In this document: positions 21,983-31,461 of the stretch, in pieces
How the letters are laid out: each line of letters opens with the position of its first letter
Position numbering within the stretch: position 1 is the first letter of the stretch
NCBI GenBank assembly: GCA_046293175.1
Contig: JBKBPM010000001.1
Span: 171,446-235,445 of the forward strand
Reading direction: 5' to 3'
DNA length: 64,000 bases
Source of the DNA: Minisyncoccia bacterium
GTDB lineage: Bacteria > Patescibacteriota > Minisyncoccia > Phycocordibacterales > UBA918
Notes under the pieces: model-generated
Database searches by the model: none
What the model saw: only the letters and a program-made list of their open reading frames with translations
Told to the model about the DNA's origin: nothing
Program-made: the position numbers and the translations under genes

Positions 21983-22726
21983 TTATTGATTTCTTGCTCC
22001 CCAATCTTTTTCGGCATAGATGGATACAGTTCGTCGTTTTCGTGCTCGTCCTTTGAGTACATGTTTGTGCGAACGGTAGATTTTGTGAATGATGAATTTT
22101 TCGCCGATGAACTCCCTGAGTACGTCTTCGGTATAGACGTATTCTGGCACACCAATGACCGGATGGATGTACGTGTTTGCTTCTTCGGCTGGAGCGTTTT
22201 TAAGGAGGCGTCGAGTGTGGAGGTCACCATCTGCGAGGAAGGTTTTCATAAAGAGGAATCCTCCCGGTTTAAGGACACGAAAAATTTCGTCACGTAGAAC
22301 GGTGCGTTCAGTGGCTGAAAGAAAGTGTGATGACATCATGTCAAGCACGAGTGACTGTGAGTTATCGGGTAGGGTAATTGGACCGGCAATTGAACGGGCT
22401 TCGTACTCTAGTGGTAGTCCGGTAGACGCGACTTTTGCTTGGGCAATGGCCGTAGTCGAGATGTCGTAACCAACTCCACTCATCCCAAATTGTCGCGCGA
22501 GAAAGATGAGATTACGTCCGTTGCCGCAACCAACATCAAGAGCAGACTCGCCGGGAGCCAGGACATCCTCACGCTCCATCCTGGGGATGAAGCGAGTGAA
22601 CTTCTCGAGGTCTTCACTGTGATCAGTTGAAAGCTTGAGGTGATTCGCATTCTTATACTCATTATCCCAAAAAGACGCGCCGTGTTGTTTGCGCTTTTGT
22701 TTGCGAATGAAGGGTCGTTTTGCCAT
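21983..22726 (-). CDS. class I SAM-dependent methyltransferase
   Basis: Motif I reads LDVGCGNGRN and the post-I acidic residue sits in a GYDIS context. Confidence 0.7.
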   Translation of the reverse strand: MAKRPFIRKQKRKQHGASFWDNEYKNANHLKLSTDHSEDLEKFTRFIPRMEREDVLAPGESALDVGCGNGRNLIFLARQFGMSGVGYDISTTAIAQAKVASTGLPLEYEARSIAGPITLPDNSQSLVLDMMSSHFLSATERTVLRDEIFRVLKPGGFLFMKTFLADGDLHTRRLLKNAPAEEANTYIHPVIGVPEYVYTEDVLREFIGEKFIIHKIYRSHKHVLKGRARKRRTVSIYAEKDWGARNQ

Positions 22727-22941
22727 GAAAAATTATATTGTGTGGTAAATAGTGATATTTAATCACTATTTACCTATTACGAACTTCGTTCCCGATTTGC
22801 CGCTTCCTAGGGCGAATCGTTGGAACCCGAATATTCAGTTGCTACAGAATCAAGAAAAGTCTTGAATCGACGTTAGTAAGATTATGGCATAAAAATAAGC
22901 ACTTTACAAGTGTTGCCAACATCGCTCATGCGCACTCCCTC

Positions 22942-22950
22942 TGGTACAAT
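22942..22950 (+). promoter_or_regulatory. extended -10 TGgTACAAT, 8 nt upstream of the dsbA ATG (leaderless candidate)
   Basis: TGGTACAAT at 22942-22950 is followed by AGCCCTAT and then the ATG at 22959. Confidence 0.4.
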
Positions 22951-22958
22951 AGCCCTAT

Positions 22959-23669
22959 ATGAAAAATCCATGGGTTGTTTTGGGCGTTCTATTTGTCCTT
23001 CTTATTGGTGGCGCAATGTGGTATTCGGCTGGGGCCAATGATACCTATAATGCTGGTGTTGAAGTAAAGGCTCATATCAAGGGTAATCCTGATGCGGCAG
23101 TGAAGCTGGTTGAGTACAGTGATTTTCAGTGTCCGGCTTGTGCGCAGTTTCATGGCGTCGTAAAGGAAATTGTTGATGAATATGGTGATCAACTCTCATT
23201 TGAATACCGTCATTTTCCACTGACGCAGATTCATCGTCTCGCTGAGCCGGCTGCTCGGGCGGCCGAAGCCGCTGGTCAGCAAGGCAAGTTCTTTGAATTT
23301 CACGATCTTCTCTTTGAGAACCAAGGGACTTGGTCAAACAGTACCAACCCTGCGCAGTTCTTCCTTCAATACGCGAACGAAGTAGGTCTCGATATTGATG
23401 AATTTACCCGTATGCAGCGTTCATCAATTCTCCGTAATCATGTCCGGTCACAGTTCACCGAAGCACGTACCGCAGGCTTTACGGGTACACCATCCTTCCT
23501 CCTTAATGGTGAACCGATGGAGTTTCAGACCTTTGATGAATTCCGTGCTCAGATTATCAATGCTATTGATCCATCAGTAGATATCACGGGCGGTATGGGT
23601 GCTCCTGCCGCAGCGGGTACAGTTGAGACGCAATCTGAGGCCGCTCCAGCCGTTCAGTTTGGGATTTAA
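22959..23669 (+). CDS. dsbA: DsbA-family thiol:disulfide oxidoreductase (membrane-anchored)
   Basis: A CPAC active site is present together with a GTPSFLLNG cis-Pro region. Confidence 0.75.
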   Translation: MKNPWVVLGVLFVLLIGGAMWYSAGANDTYNAGVEVKAHIKGNPDAAVKLVEYSDFQCPACAQFHGVVKEIVDEYGDQLSFEYRHFPLTQIHRLAEPAARAAEAAGQQGKFFEFHDLLFENQGTWSNSTNPAQFFLQYANEVGLDIDEFTRMQRSSILRNHVRSQFTEARTAGFTGTPSFLLNGEPMEFQTFDEFRAQIINAIDPSVDITGGMGAPAAAGTVETQSEAAPAVQFGI

Positions 23670-24406
23670 TCAATTATATGCCACGTCACACTGACTCGGT
23701 CAGTGTAACTTTTGAATCGCGCCCACTGCTGTCTGGTAGCTTCTCTCGTAAACAGATGTCCGTGTAGTGGCATTGAAATACTTTCGTTAGTCACAAAATA
23801 CAAACTGTCGCCATCTATTTCTGATTCAGTAAATTCGAGAGCTTCAAAATCTTTTGGAAGATAGGGTTTGTAACCGAGCGCAATTTTAAACAGAGCGAGT
23901 CCAATGCTTGAGTGTTTACCGTAGCCGTTTCGATCCTTACCGTGGCTGATGTATTTTTTTCTAAGGTCGGCTGCATGTTTCGTGATAAGGTAGTCCGCAT
24001 ATAACGATGGACCTGCTGGCAATTTACTGTATATCCATTGGTTAGTAAATATTTTGTATGCAATGTTTATTGACTCTTCGGTAATTGAGAAAATCAATCC
24101 ACCAAGCTGTTTGCCTTGTTCTGAAATAGTTAGTATATGATAGGTTTTTTGGTCAGTGTTCTTAGTAGTTTGCTCGATATCAAATATAACCGGACTATTT
24201 TTTTGTGAAATTGTATTTGTATATAGCGGAGTGAACCATTCAAGAAGTGCTGGAGTAAGAGCAGTTATGTTAGAGGTGATTCCGTCACGACTGCTGTGTG
24301 TTTCTGTTTTTAGAATTCTTTTTGCTGACGTCTGACCATACTGATCTGTGATACCGGTTGTTGGATCTTTCCTCCAGGTAACTTTGTTTGGACCGATATA
24401 TTTCAT
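23666..24406 (-). CDS. hypothetical protein, paralog A of a tandem pair (possible acyl/aminoacyl-transferase-like fold; unassigned)
   Basis: The protein shares clear similarity with the adjacent ORF. One aligned block is GKQLGGLIFSITEES.NIAYKIF...PSLYADYLITKHAADL against GQLVGGTIFTMRPDRLSIAYRTY...PALYAEYIITAYALDN. A second is HGKDRNGYGKHSSIGLALFKIALGY against HGVDHNPYGVNSHIGVAIFKLAVGC. Confidence 0.45.
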   Translation of the reverse strand: MKYIGPNKVTWRKDPTTGITDQYGQTSAKRILKTETHSSRDGITSNITALTPALLEWFTPLYTNTISQKNSPVIFDIEQTTKNTDQKTYHILTISEQGKQLGGLIFSITEESINIAYKIFTNQWIYSKLPAGPSLYADYLITKHAADLRKKYISHGKDRNGYGKHSSIGLALFKIALGYKPYLPKDFEALEFTESEIDGDSLYFVTNESISMPLHGHLFTREATRQQWARFKSYTDRVSVTWHIID

Positions 24407-25221
24407 AGAGTTGGTGTATACAACGTTACTTGTAGTTGTTGAGGATACTTGAATACCTGTTCATATTTCTCTGCAGTACTAGTATCTCCAATCAAATACG
24501 CTTTTGTTATTCGTTCCCCACTTTCTGGATAGAGAAGTACCAATGAACCGAACGGTAGCATCTGTAAATCTGACTCACACAAACTGTGTGTGGTAACAAT
24601 ATCTGGGTAGCAACCGACTGCCAATTTAAAAATAGCTACTCCGATATGCGAATTGACCCCGTAAGGATTATGATCAACACCGTGAACCAGTATAGATAAG
24701 TCATTATCAAGTGCGTAGGCGGTAATAATGTATTCAGCATAAAGGGCGGGGGAGCATTTAGTTTGGTGCTGCAGCCATGATAATGGATAGGTGCGGTATG
24801 CAATTGATAAACGATCAGGACGCATGGTAAAAATCGTGCCACCAACCAGCTGTCCTTTTTCTCGTAGGGTAAGTATGAAGTAGGGATACTTTATTACTTC
24901 TTTCCCAAGTGTTGTTTTAAAAATATTGTGCGGCTTTGGATTATGTTTATCTTGTAGATTTTTTAGATACATTGCCTCAAACCATTGTATATCTTCATTT
25001 GTTGCGGGCGTGATAGTATGACTAATTTCCGCTGAGTCAATTTGATTTAAAAGGACGGTTATTTTTTTTGTATTATTTTTTCCAAAATCAGGAAGTATAT
25101 CTGGATGGATATATTTAATCCAGCGATGTTTATCGGCATGAGTGATTTTCATACGGTAGATAACTTGCATATGTATAACATATGTGGTACTATTAAACAA
25201 ATATTGACGGCTCAAAATCAA
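24403..25221 (-). CDS. hypothetical protein, paralog B of the tandem pair
   Basis: It is paralogous to 23666..24406 (see above) and overlaps it by 4 nt. The surrounding DNA is AT-rich. Confidence 0.45.
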   Translation of the reverse strand: MILSRQYLFNSTTYVIHMQVIYRMKITHADKHRWIKYIHPDILPDFGKNNTKKITVLLNQIDSAEISHTITPATNEDIQWFEAMYLKNLQDKHNPKPHNIFKTTLGKEVIKYPYFILTLREKGQLVGGTIFTMRPDRLSIAYRTYPLSWLQHQTKCSPALYAEYIITAYALDNDLSILVHGVDHNPYGVNSHIGVAIFKLAVGCYPDIVTTHSLCESDLQMLPFGSLVLLYPESGERITKAYLIGDTSTAEKYEQVFKYPQQLQVTLYTPTL

Positions 25222-25262
25222 TCCGTCAAAACACTATTACTCCTATTTGTTGCAGATCTTAT

Positions 25263-26534
25263 ATGAAGAAAGCAAGACAAAAAAATATTATTGCTTTTGT
25301 GATGAGTCCGCATGAATCGTCGGTTACTAGTTTACGTGAGTATGAAAAGAAAAATAAAACTCAGTTTCGTTTGATGCTTATTTGGGATATTAATTATCCG
25401 TTGCCGCAAAATCTTGAACGATATGACGTAGTTGTGCAAATGGATTTTTCTAAGTCAATTCGGATAAGTGAAGCCCTTTTACCTTACCAAGATGAACTTC
25501 TTGCAATCACTTGTCGGAGTGAGGCTAATATTGCTCGATTTGCTAAAGTGATTCCTTTTGTTCCGTACTTACGTACTCCTACCACTGAATCACTCATCTG
25601 GGCAACGGATAAGTATGAAATGAGAAAGCGCTTTCGATTATTTGATCAAAAGATAACGCCAAAATTTACTCGAGTAAAAGATGTTTCAAAAAGTGAGCGA
25701 ACACGGGTAATTGCAAAAGTTGGTTTTCCGATGATTATTAAACCTACCAATTTGGCAGCGAGTTTATTTGTGTCTATTTGTTACCACGAGGATGAATTGG
25801 AAAAAGCACTCAAAACATGTTTCAAGAAGCTCGAAAAAGCCTATGCTCACGATAAGCGAATTGAACAACCAAAAGTAATTGCTGAGCAATACATGGAGGG
25901 AGATATGTATTCTATTGACTCGTATGTAAATAGTAGAGGTGCTGTATATCATTTACCCTTGGTGCGCGTAAAAACTGGCAAAGATATTGGTCACCAGGAC
26001 TTTTATGGCTATCTGCAGATGACCCCAACCATCCTTAAGGGTGAGACCGTGAAGCGGGCAGAAGCGGTAACTGAGACGGCCATTCATGCACTTGGTTTGC
26101 GAAGTACTACTGTGCATACTGAGTTGATGAAAATTGATAATGTGTGGAAAGTAATTGAAGTTGGTCCTCGGATGGGTGGGGCACGAGACAAGCTGTATCA
26201 TCTCAGTTGTGGTATTGATCATCCACTGAATGACGTATTTATTCGTATTCCGAAGAAACCAAAAATTCCGAAAAGATGTGTTGGCAATGCTGCATTTATG
26301 AAATGGTTTCTTCCTAAAGAGGGGATTATTACGGAAATGAAGGGTATTAAAAAAATTGAGCAATTAGAGTCATTCTACAAAATCGAAGTTAACAAAAAAA
26401 TTGGCGATAAGGCTACTTTTGCTCGACATGGAGGGCGGTCTATTTTTAATCTCTACATGCATAATGCCGATCGTGGAAAGTTGCTTGCTGACATTAGACG
26501 AGTTGAACAGATGGTTAAAATTAAAGTGAAATAA
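25263..26534 (+). CDS. ATP-grasp domain ligase (L-amino-acid-ligase/carboxylate-amine-ligase-like)
   Basis: ATP-grasp elements are present: ...VIAKVGFPMIIKPTNLAAS..., EQYMEGDMYSIDSYV and VIEVGPRMGG. It is transcribed divergently from the paralog pair and is AT-rich. Confidence 0.6.
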   Translation: MKKARQKNIIAFVMSPHESSVTSLREYEKKNKTQFRLMLIWDINYPLPQNLERYDVVVQMDFSKSIRISEALLPYQDELLAITCRSEANIARFAKVIPFVPYLRTPTTESLIWATDKYEMRKRFRLFDQKITPKFTRVKDVSKSERTRVIAKVGFPMIIKPTNLAASLFVSICYHEDELEKALKTCFKKLEKAYAHDKRIEQPKVIAEQYMEGDMYSIDSYVNSRGAVYHLPLVRVKTGKDIGHQDFYGYLQMTPTILKGETVKRAEAVTETAIHALGLRSTTVHTELMKIDNVWKVIEVGPRMGGARDKLYHLSCGIDHPLNDVFIRIPKKPKIPKRCVGNAAFMKWFLPKEGIITEMKGIKKIEQLESFYKIEVNKKIGDKATFARHGGRSIFNLYMHNADRGKLLADIRRVEQMVKIKVK

Positions 26535-26538
26535 ATGG

Positions 26539-26570
26539 GGACGGGGCAGGCATGCCCCGTCTTTGTTTGT
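26539..26570 (+). terminator. Rho-independent terminator
   Basis: GACGGGGCA-GGCA-TGCCCCGTC is followed by TTTGTTTGTT. Confidence 0.6.
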
Positions 26571-26584
26571 TATGATAGTGCTGT

Positions 26585-27346
26585 ATGGTACGAACCCGGG
26601 ATTTTGTTCTGTTCCTCCTTACGGTGGCGATTTTGTTGTTGGCGATTATGGGTACGTCGGTCTGGCACAGCTGGCGGACGCTACCATTTATGGCGGGGTT
26701 TTTAGCTGACAGTGGTACCGAGGTAGACTACACCGCCAATGTTCCAGCTCCCGAAGATAATCGGGAGGGTCGTCTTCTGACATTGCGGGCCAAAGTAATT
26801 GAGCGTCTGGGGTCAAACACGGTGGCGAAAAGTGAACCAGAGCCAGAACCGGCAGCCCCAGTTACTGTACCGACCACCACAACCCCAGTTGCAGTAGCTA
26901 CTGTAAAAACTTGTGCTGGGTATCGTACCTTGAACATCCCATGGACACCACAACAGATAATTGCTGAGAACCGCGAAGGCGCCCGGGTCTACTTTGAGCG
27001 TGGATTGCCAGATCCACTGGCGTCTACTACGCCAGAAAATATCCGAGCAGTGATATCACTTCGTAGTTGGCCTGCGGGTAGTTCGACTTGTATCCCAACC
27101 GATGTCATTGGTATTGCTACTGATGGTTCACTTATCCGCAATAATGAACTGGCGCTCTACACTGTCTTTGGCGGAGAAAGTCTGGTCGGATACTCACTTG
27201 ATGGTTTTCCGATTTATGGACCGAGTACTGTCGCCACTGACGCTTGTGGTGGTGCAATCGTTGGCGGACAATATCGATATATCCTTGATGCTGAAAGACC
27301 AGGACTGATTACTTGTTTTGCCGCTGCACCAGCAACCATAAACTAA
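26585..27346 (+). CDS. membrane-anchored hypothetical protein with a Pro/Thr-rich linker
   Basis: An N-terminal TM helix is followed by an EPEPEPAAPVTVPTTTTPVAVA linker and a Cys-containing domain. No family was recognised. Confidence 0.4.
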   Translation: MVRTRDFVLFLLTVAILLLAIMGTSVWHSWRTLPFMAGFLADSGTEVDYTANVPAPEDNREGRLLTLRAKVIERLGSNTVAKSEPEPEPAAPVTVPTTTTPVAVATVKTCAGYRTLNIPWTPQQIIAENREGARVYFERGLPDPLASTTPENIRAVISLRSWPAGSSTCIPTDVIGIATDGSLIRNNELALYTVFGGESLVGYSLDGFPIYGPSTVATDACGGAIVGGQYRYILDAERPGLITCFAAAPATIN

Positions 27347-27348
27347 TT

Positions 27349-28092
27349 ATGAGTACCCTCATTATCGATATCGAAACAGTGGGGGAAGAGTGGGGGAGTA
27401 TTGATGAGGTGACCCAAGCGACCCTCACCAGATGGATTTTAAAAACAAGCACTGATACTGCCGAATACGAAGCGAAGCTCGATGATATCAAACGTGGCCT
27501 TGGGTTTTCACCGTTCACCGGCTCTATCGTTGCGCTTGGTGTCTATGATCTCGATCGTAAAGAGGGTACCGTCTACTATCAAAGTGGTGGTGATAGCCAG
27601 GATGAACGAATTGGTTCGTTTTATTATCGTCCACGCACCGAAAAAATGATGCTCGAAGAGTTTTGGGAAGGAGTGCAACTTTACGAGACAATAGTAACGT
27701 TTAATGGTCGTTCCTTTGATCTACCATTTCTCCTCCATCGGAGTGTCGCACAAGCGCTGTTACCAACGGTTGATCTGATGCGATACCGGTACCTCACGCA
27801 ACAGGTGCCACCGTATCATGTTGACTTAGCTGATCAGCTGACATTTTATGGGGCAATAGCCAAACGACCGAGTCTCCACCTGTGCTGTCGGGCGTATGGT
27901 ATAGAGAGTCCAAAGTCTCATGGAGTGGTGGGGGATGATGTGACAGAGTTGTATCGCCAGAAACGTTTCAAGGAGATTGCTGCCTATAATAGCCACGACC
28001 TGCTCGCGACTGCGCTCCTGTACGAAAAATGGCGCACGTACCTCGCACCGCCACTGTTTCGAAAGTCGCCTCCGGATATAGATTTGCTATAA
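27349..28092 (+). CDS. RNase H-like 3'-5' exonuclease (PolB-exonuclease-like / YprB-like)
   Basis: The three exonuclease motifs are present: Exo I IIDIETVG, Exo II FNGRSFDLPFL and Exo III YNSHDL. Confidence 0.6.
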   Translation: MSTLIIDIETVGEEWGSIDEVTQATLTRWILKTSTDTAEYEAKLDDIKRGLGFSPFTGSIVALGVYDLDRKEGTVYYQSGGDSQDERIGSFYYRPRTEKMMLEEFWEGVQLYETIVTFNGRSFDLPFLLHRSVAQALLPTVDLMRYRYLTQQVPPYHVDLADQLTFYGAIAKRPSLHLCCRAYGIESPKSHGVVGDDVTELYRQKRFKEIAAYNSHDLLATALLYEKWRTYLAPPLFRKSPPDIDLL

Positions 28093-28102
28093 TTTTGAGG
28101 TT

Positions 28103-28231
28103 ATGAAAACTTTTCCAAATGGGTTTTATTGGGGTGAGAAAAGCGTTGGACGCTTTTCGCAAGATCTTGCCAGATATTTCTGGAGTAGAGCGAACATAAA
28201 TATCGACAAGGTGTACAGTCACTGTAAGTGA
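28103..28231 (+). pseudogene. duplicated 5' fragment of a GH1 gene (42 codons)
   Basis: MKTFPNGFYWGEKSVGRF... mirrors MKKTFPEGFYWGAASASY, the N-terminus of the adjacent full-length GH1. The reading frame ends after 42 codons. Confidence 0.4.
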
Positions 28232-28251
28232 CAGCCATATTCATTTTCATT

Positions 28252-29478
28252 ATGAAAAAAACATTTCCGGAGGGATTTTATTGGGGAGCAGCATCAGCCT
28301 CCTACCAAGTCGAAGGTGGTATCGAAAATACCGACTGGGCCAAAGCTGCTCGCGAGGGCAGGGTGCCGGTTTGTGGTATTGCCTGCGATCATTACAATCG
28401 ATATGAGAGTGATTTTGATTTAGCCAAAGAACTCGGACATAATGCACATCGCTTTTCTATTGAATGGGCACGGATTGAACCGGAAGCAGGGAAGTTCAAT
28501 CACGAAGCAATTGCGCACTACCGCGATGTATTAAAGGCACTCCATGCCCGTAAAATCACACCGTTTGTTACACTTTGGCATTTCACCTTACCGCTGTGGT
28601 TTTCCGAGAGTGGTGGTTTTGAGCGCAAGGATGCGCCCGAAATCTTCGCTCGGTACTGTAGCTTTGTCGTTAAAGAGCTTGGAGATCTCTGTAATCACTT
28701 TTCAACAATTAACGAACCAAGTGTGTATGGGAGTAATGGCTGGTTGCGTGGCTCATGGCCGCCATTTAAGCGGTTTGCCCTCACTGATCTTGTTGCTATT
28801 ACGAACTCTGGTCGGCAGCACGAAGCGCGGGCAGATAAAGGTATCAAATACTTTTTCCTCTGGCGGTGGGTGATGAAGAATCTCGCGCTCTGTCACAACG
28901 CGGCGTACCGAGCTATTAAACGAGTAAAACCTGATGCTGAGGTTAACTTCGTTCATCATGTCATCGTATTTGAAGCTAATTGGAATCCGTTTAATAAGTT
29001 GAAAGCCTGGGTTGCCAATTATTCATGGACGCATGTTTTTATGAAGCGGACAGCAGGGCACTACGATACCATTGGTCTCAATTATTACTTCTATACCAAG
29101 TTTGGTGACAAACGAGAGTGGAAGAAGACTGATATGAACTGGAACTTTGCGCCCGAAAAAATCTATGAGGCGTATATGATGCTCAAGCGGTACAAAAAAC
29201 CAGTGATTCTTTGTGAAGCAGGGCTCGCTGATCATGATGATAGTGATCGTGTTGAATACATTACCAAACAAATTGATGCTACCTGGCGCGCACTGCAGTC
29301 GGGGGTTCTGGTTCGTGGTCATATCTACTGGTCACTCTTTGATAACTACGAATGGGCGCTGGGGTTCGAAAAACGATTTGGGCTCATTGCAATCGATTAC
29401 GAGACTCTCGAGCGGACTCCACGACCATCTGCTTACGTGTATAAGAAAATTATCGAAGACAATGGTCTGGTAGAATAA
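28252..29478 (+). CDS. glycoside hydrolase family 1 (beta-glucosidase/beta-galactosidase-like)
   Basis: The N-terminal signature reads FPEGFYWGAASASYQVEG. The acid/base motif is TINEP and the nucleophile region is ILCEAG. Confidence 0.85.
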   Translation: MKKTFPEGFYWGAASASYQVEGGIENTDWAKAAREGRVPVCGIACDHYNRYESDFDLAKELGHNAHRFSIEWARIEPEAGKFNHEAIAHYRDVLKALHARKITPFVTLWHFTLPLWFSESGGFERKDAPEIFARYCSFVVKELGDLCNHFSTINEPSVYGSNGWLRGSWPPFKRFALTDLVAITNSGRQHEARADKGIKYFFLWRWVMKNLALCHNAAYRAIKRVKPDAEVNFVHHVIVFEANWNPFNKLKAWVANYSWTHVFMKRTAGHYDTIGLNYYFYTKFGDKREWKKTDMNWNFAPEKIYEAYMMLKRYKKPVILCEAGLADHDDSDRVEYITKQIDATWRALQSGVLVRGHIYWSLFDNYEWALGFEKRFGLIAIDYETLERTPRPSAYVYKKIIEDNGLVE

Positions 29479-29485
29479 TGGCATA

Positions 29486-30418
29486 ATGGCGTGGATATTA
29501 CTCGCAACCCTCGGACAGTTCATTAGTGCGATTGTTGCGATTCTTGATAAGTACATAGTATCTGACGCAACCGCAATGCCGAAGCCGTTTTTGTATGCTT
29601 TTTATTCCTGTATTCTCACAGGTGGATGGGCGGTTATCTTTGCATTGGGGTATGTACCAGGCCTCCAGGAGCTAGGCTTTCCACATCTATCGAACTTGCA
29701 AATGCCATCATTGACTGTAGTTGCACTCGCTTTTTTGGCTGCGTATACCTTCTTTATGGCGCTCGTATCGATGTATTCGGCACTTCGTGAATCTGAGGCG
29801 GTTAATGTGTTGCCGGTTATTGGAGCGATATCTGCTCTTGCCTCATTTGGTTTCAGTTGGCTGTTCCTAGACTCAAGTTTTTCACTTAATCTGTTGTGGG
29901 GAGTGCTCGTACTTGCACTTGGAACCATGATGGTTGCTCAAGGTCTCCCGCACTGGGATGCGACGCTCCATGTGTTTCATAGTGGACTCTTTTTTGCTTT
30001 GCACTATGTCACTATGAAAGGGCTCTTTCAGGAAACGAGTTTTGATGATGGATTCTTTTGGTCACGGCTCGCTTTTGTACTCTTTGCATTATCCTGGCTC
30101 TTGGTCCCAATGAACCTCCGCAAGCTCAAAGAGCAAGCCAAGGTCACGACGAGGCGTACAAGTGTACTGGTTGTGTTTACCAAGATACTCGCGGGTATTT
30201 CTGCCTTTTTAATTCTCAAAGCGACTGATATGGGTGATGTGGCCGTGGTGCAGGCTCTTGATGGAGTAAAGTTTGTGTTTATTCTCCTCATCACAATCTT
30301 CTTTGCGTCTTGGCTCCCTGATAGCGCTGCTGTCCACGAACCTCGTCCCCGTGAGGTAATACGCCGAGTACTGTACGTGACCCTTATTATGGTCGGTTAC
30401 TTCATTTTGTTCTTATGA
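29486..30418 (+). CDS. polytopic membrane protein (DMT/EamA-like permease candidate)
   Basis: About 10 predicted TM helices in two halves. The identification is weak and rests on topology only. Confidence 0.4.
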   Translation: MAWILLATLGQFISAIVAILDKYIVSDATAMPKPFLYAFYSCILTGGWAVIFALGYVPGLQELGFPHLSNLQMPSLTVVALAFLAAYTFFMALVSMYSALRESEAVNVLPVIGAISALASFGFSWLFLDSSFSLNLLWGVLVLALGTMMVAQGLPHWDATLHVFHSGLFFALHYVTMKGLFQETSFDDGFFWSRLAFVLFALSWLLVPMNLRKLKEQAKVTTRRTSVLVVFTKILAGISAFLILKATDMGDVAVVQALDGVKFVFILLITIFFASWLPDSAAVHEPRPREVIRRVLYVTLIMVGYFILFL

Positions 30419-31458
30419 TGAAACAACCTCTACTCAAAAAAGTCTCCCTCTGGTTTCTTAGCATCTTTGGCGTTGCTTGTTTCATTATTTTGGCGTTGGC
30501 CTACAAACCAGTTCCGGAACAAATTGCGTATGGTATGTCCTTTAATACACCATACGCACGTGAGCTTGGGCTCGATTGGCAAGAGACCTATGACGCCATC
30601 ATCGATGATCTTGGAGTACGGCGACTACGGCTCGCTGCGCACTGGCCAATGGTTGAGCCACAAAATGATGTCTGGAACTTCAAAGAGCTTGATTATCAAG
30701 TCAAAAAAGCCGAAGCGGTCGGAGCGACAATTGTTTTTGCTGTAGGTCGACGTTTACCTCGTTGGCCAGAGTGCCATGTGCCGGATTGGGTAGATGTGCT
30801 TGATGTCGAGACTCAACAGGCCGAACAGTTGACCTACATGACTGCGGTGATTGATCGTTACAAAGATAGTCCAGCGATTATCTATTGGCAGATTGAGAAT
30901 GAACCGTTTTTGTCACTTTTTGCTTTTGAACATTGTGGTCCACTTGATGAAGAGTTTTTGGCAAAGGAGATCGCCTTGGCTCGCGAACTTGATCCGACAC
31001 GGCCGATTCTCGTCACCGATAGTGGAAACCTTGGTACCTGGGCTGGCGCCTTCCGACATGGTGACGCTTTTGGTACGAGTGTCTACGTACACTTTTGGAA
31101 TCCTGAGCTGGGACAATTCCGCACCCTCTTGCCACCGTGGTTTTATCGTTTCAAAGAAAGTCTCATGGAGCTACGCTATGGTAAAAAGCCAACCCTCCTC
31201 ATTGAACTTTCAGCTGAGCCGTGGCTTGTGGCACCCGTAACCGAAGTGCCGTTAGCGGTGCAGTACACCCGGATGAACCTCGACAAATTTAATGATATTC
31301 TTGAGTATGCAAAGCGTACACGGTATGACACCCAGTACCTCTGGGGTGCAGAGTGGTGGTACTGGCTATATAAACAGGGAGAGCATGCGATGTGGAATCG
31401 TGGGAAAGAACTTTTTCACGAACCAGATGTTGAATCAAAAGACACCGATTCGTTATAA
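30415..31458 (+). CDS. membrane-anchored glycoside hydrolase, clan GH-A TIM barrel (GH5/GH113-like)
   Basis: An N-terminal TM helix is present. The acid/base motif is WQIENEP and the nucleophile is in LLIELSAEPW. Confidence 0.55.
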   Translation: MMKQPLLKKVSLWFLSIFGVACFIILALAYKPVPEQIAYGMSFNTPYARELGLDWQETYDAIIDDLGVRRLRLAAHWPMVEPQNDVWNFKELDYQVKKAEAVGATIVFAVGRRLPRWPECHVPDWVDVLDVETQQAEQLTYMTAVIDRYKDSPAIIYWQIENEPFLSLFAFEHCGPLDEEFLAKEIALARELDPTRPILVTDSGNLGTWAGAFRHGDAFGTSVYVHFWNPELGQFRTLLPPWFYRFKESLMELRYGKKPTLLIELSAEPWLVAPVTEVPLAVQYTRMNLDKFNDILEYAKRTRYDTQYLWGAEWWYWLYKQGEHAMWNRGKELFHEPDVESKDTDSL

Positions 31459-31461
31459 TAT

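Noticed and set aside
22910-22950. TTGCCA at 22910 as the -35 element for the dsbA promoter
   Set aside because: Its spacing to the TACAAT -10 is about 26 nt, too long for sigma70. The extended -10 alone is the better-supported element.
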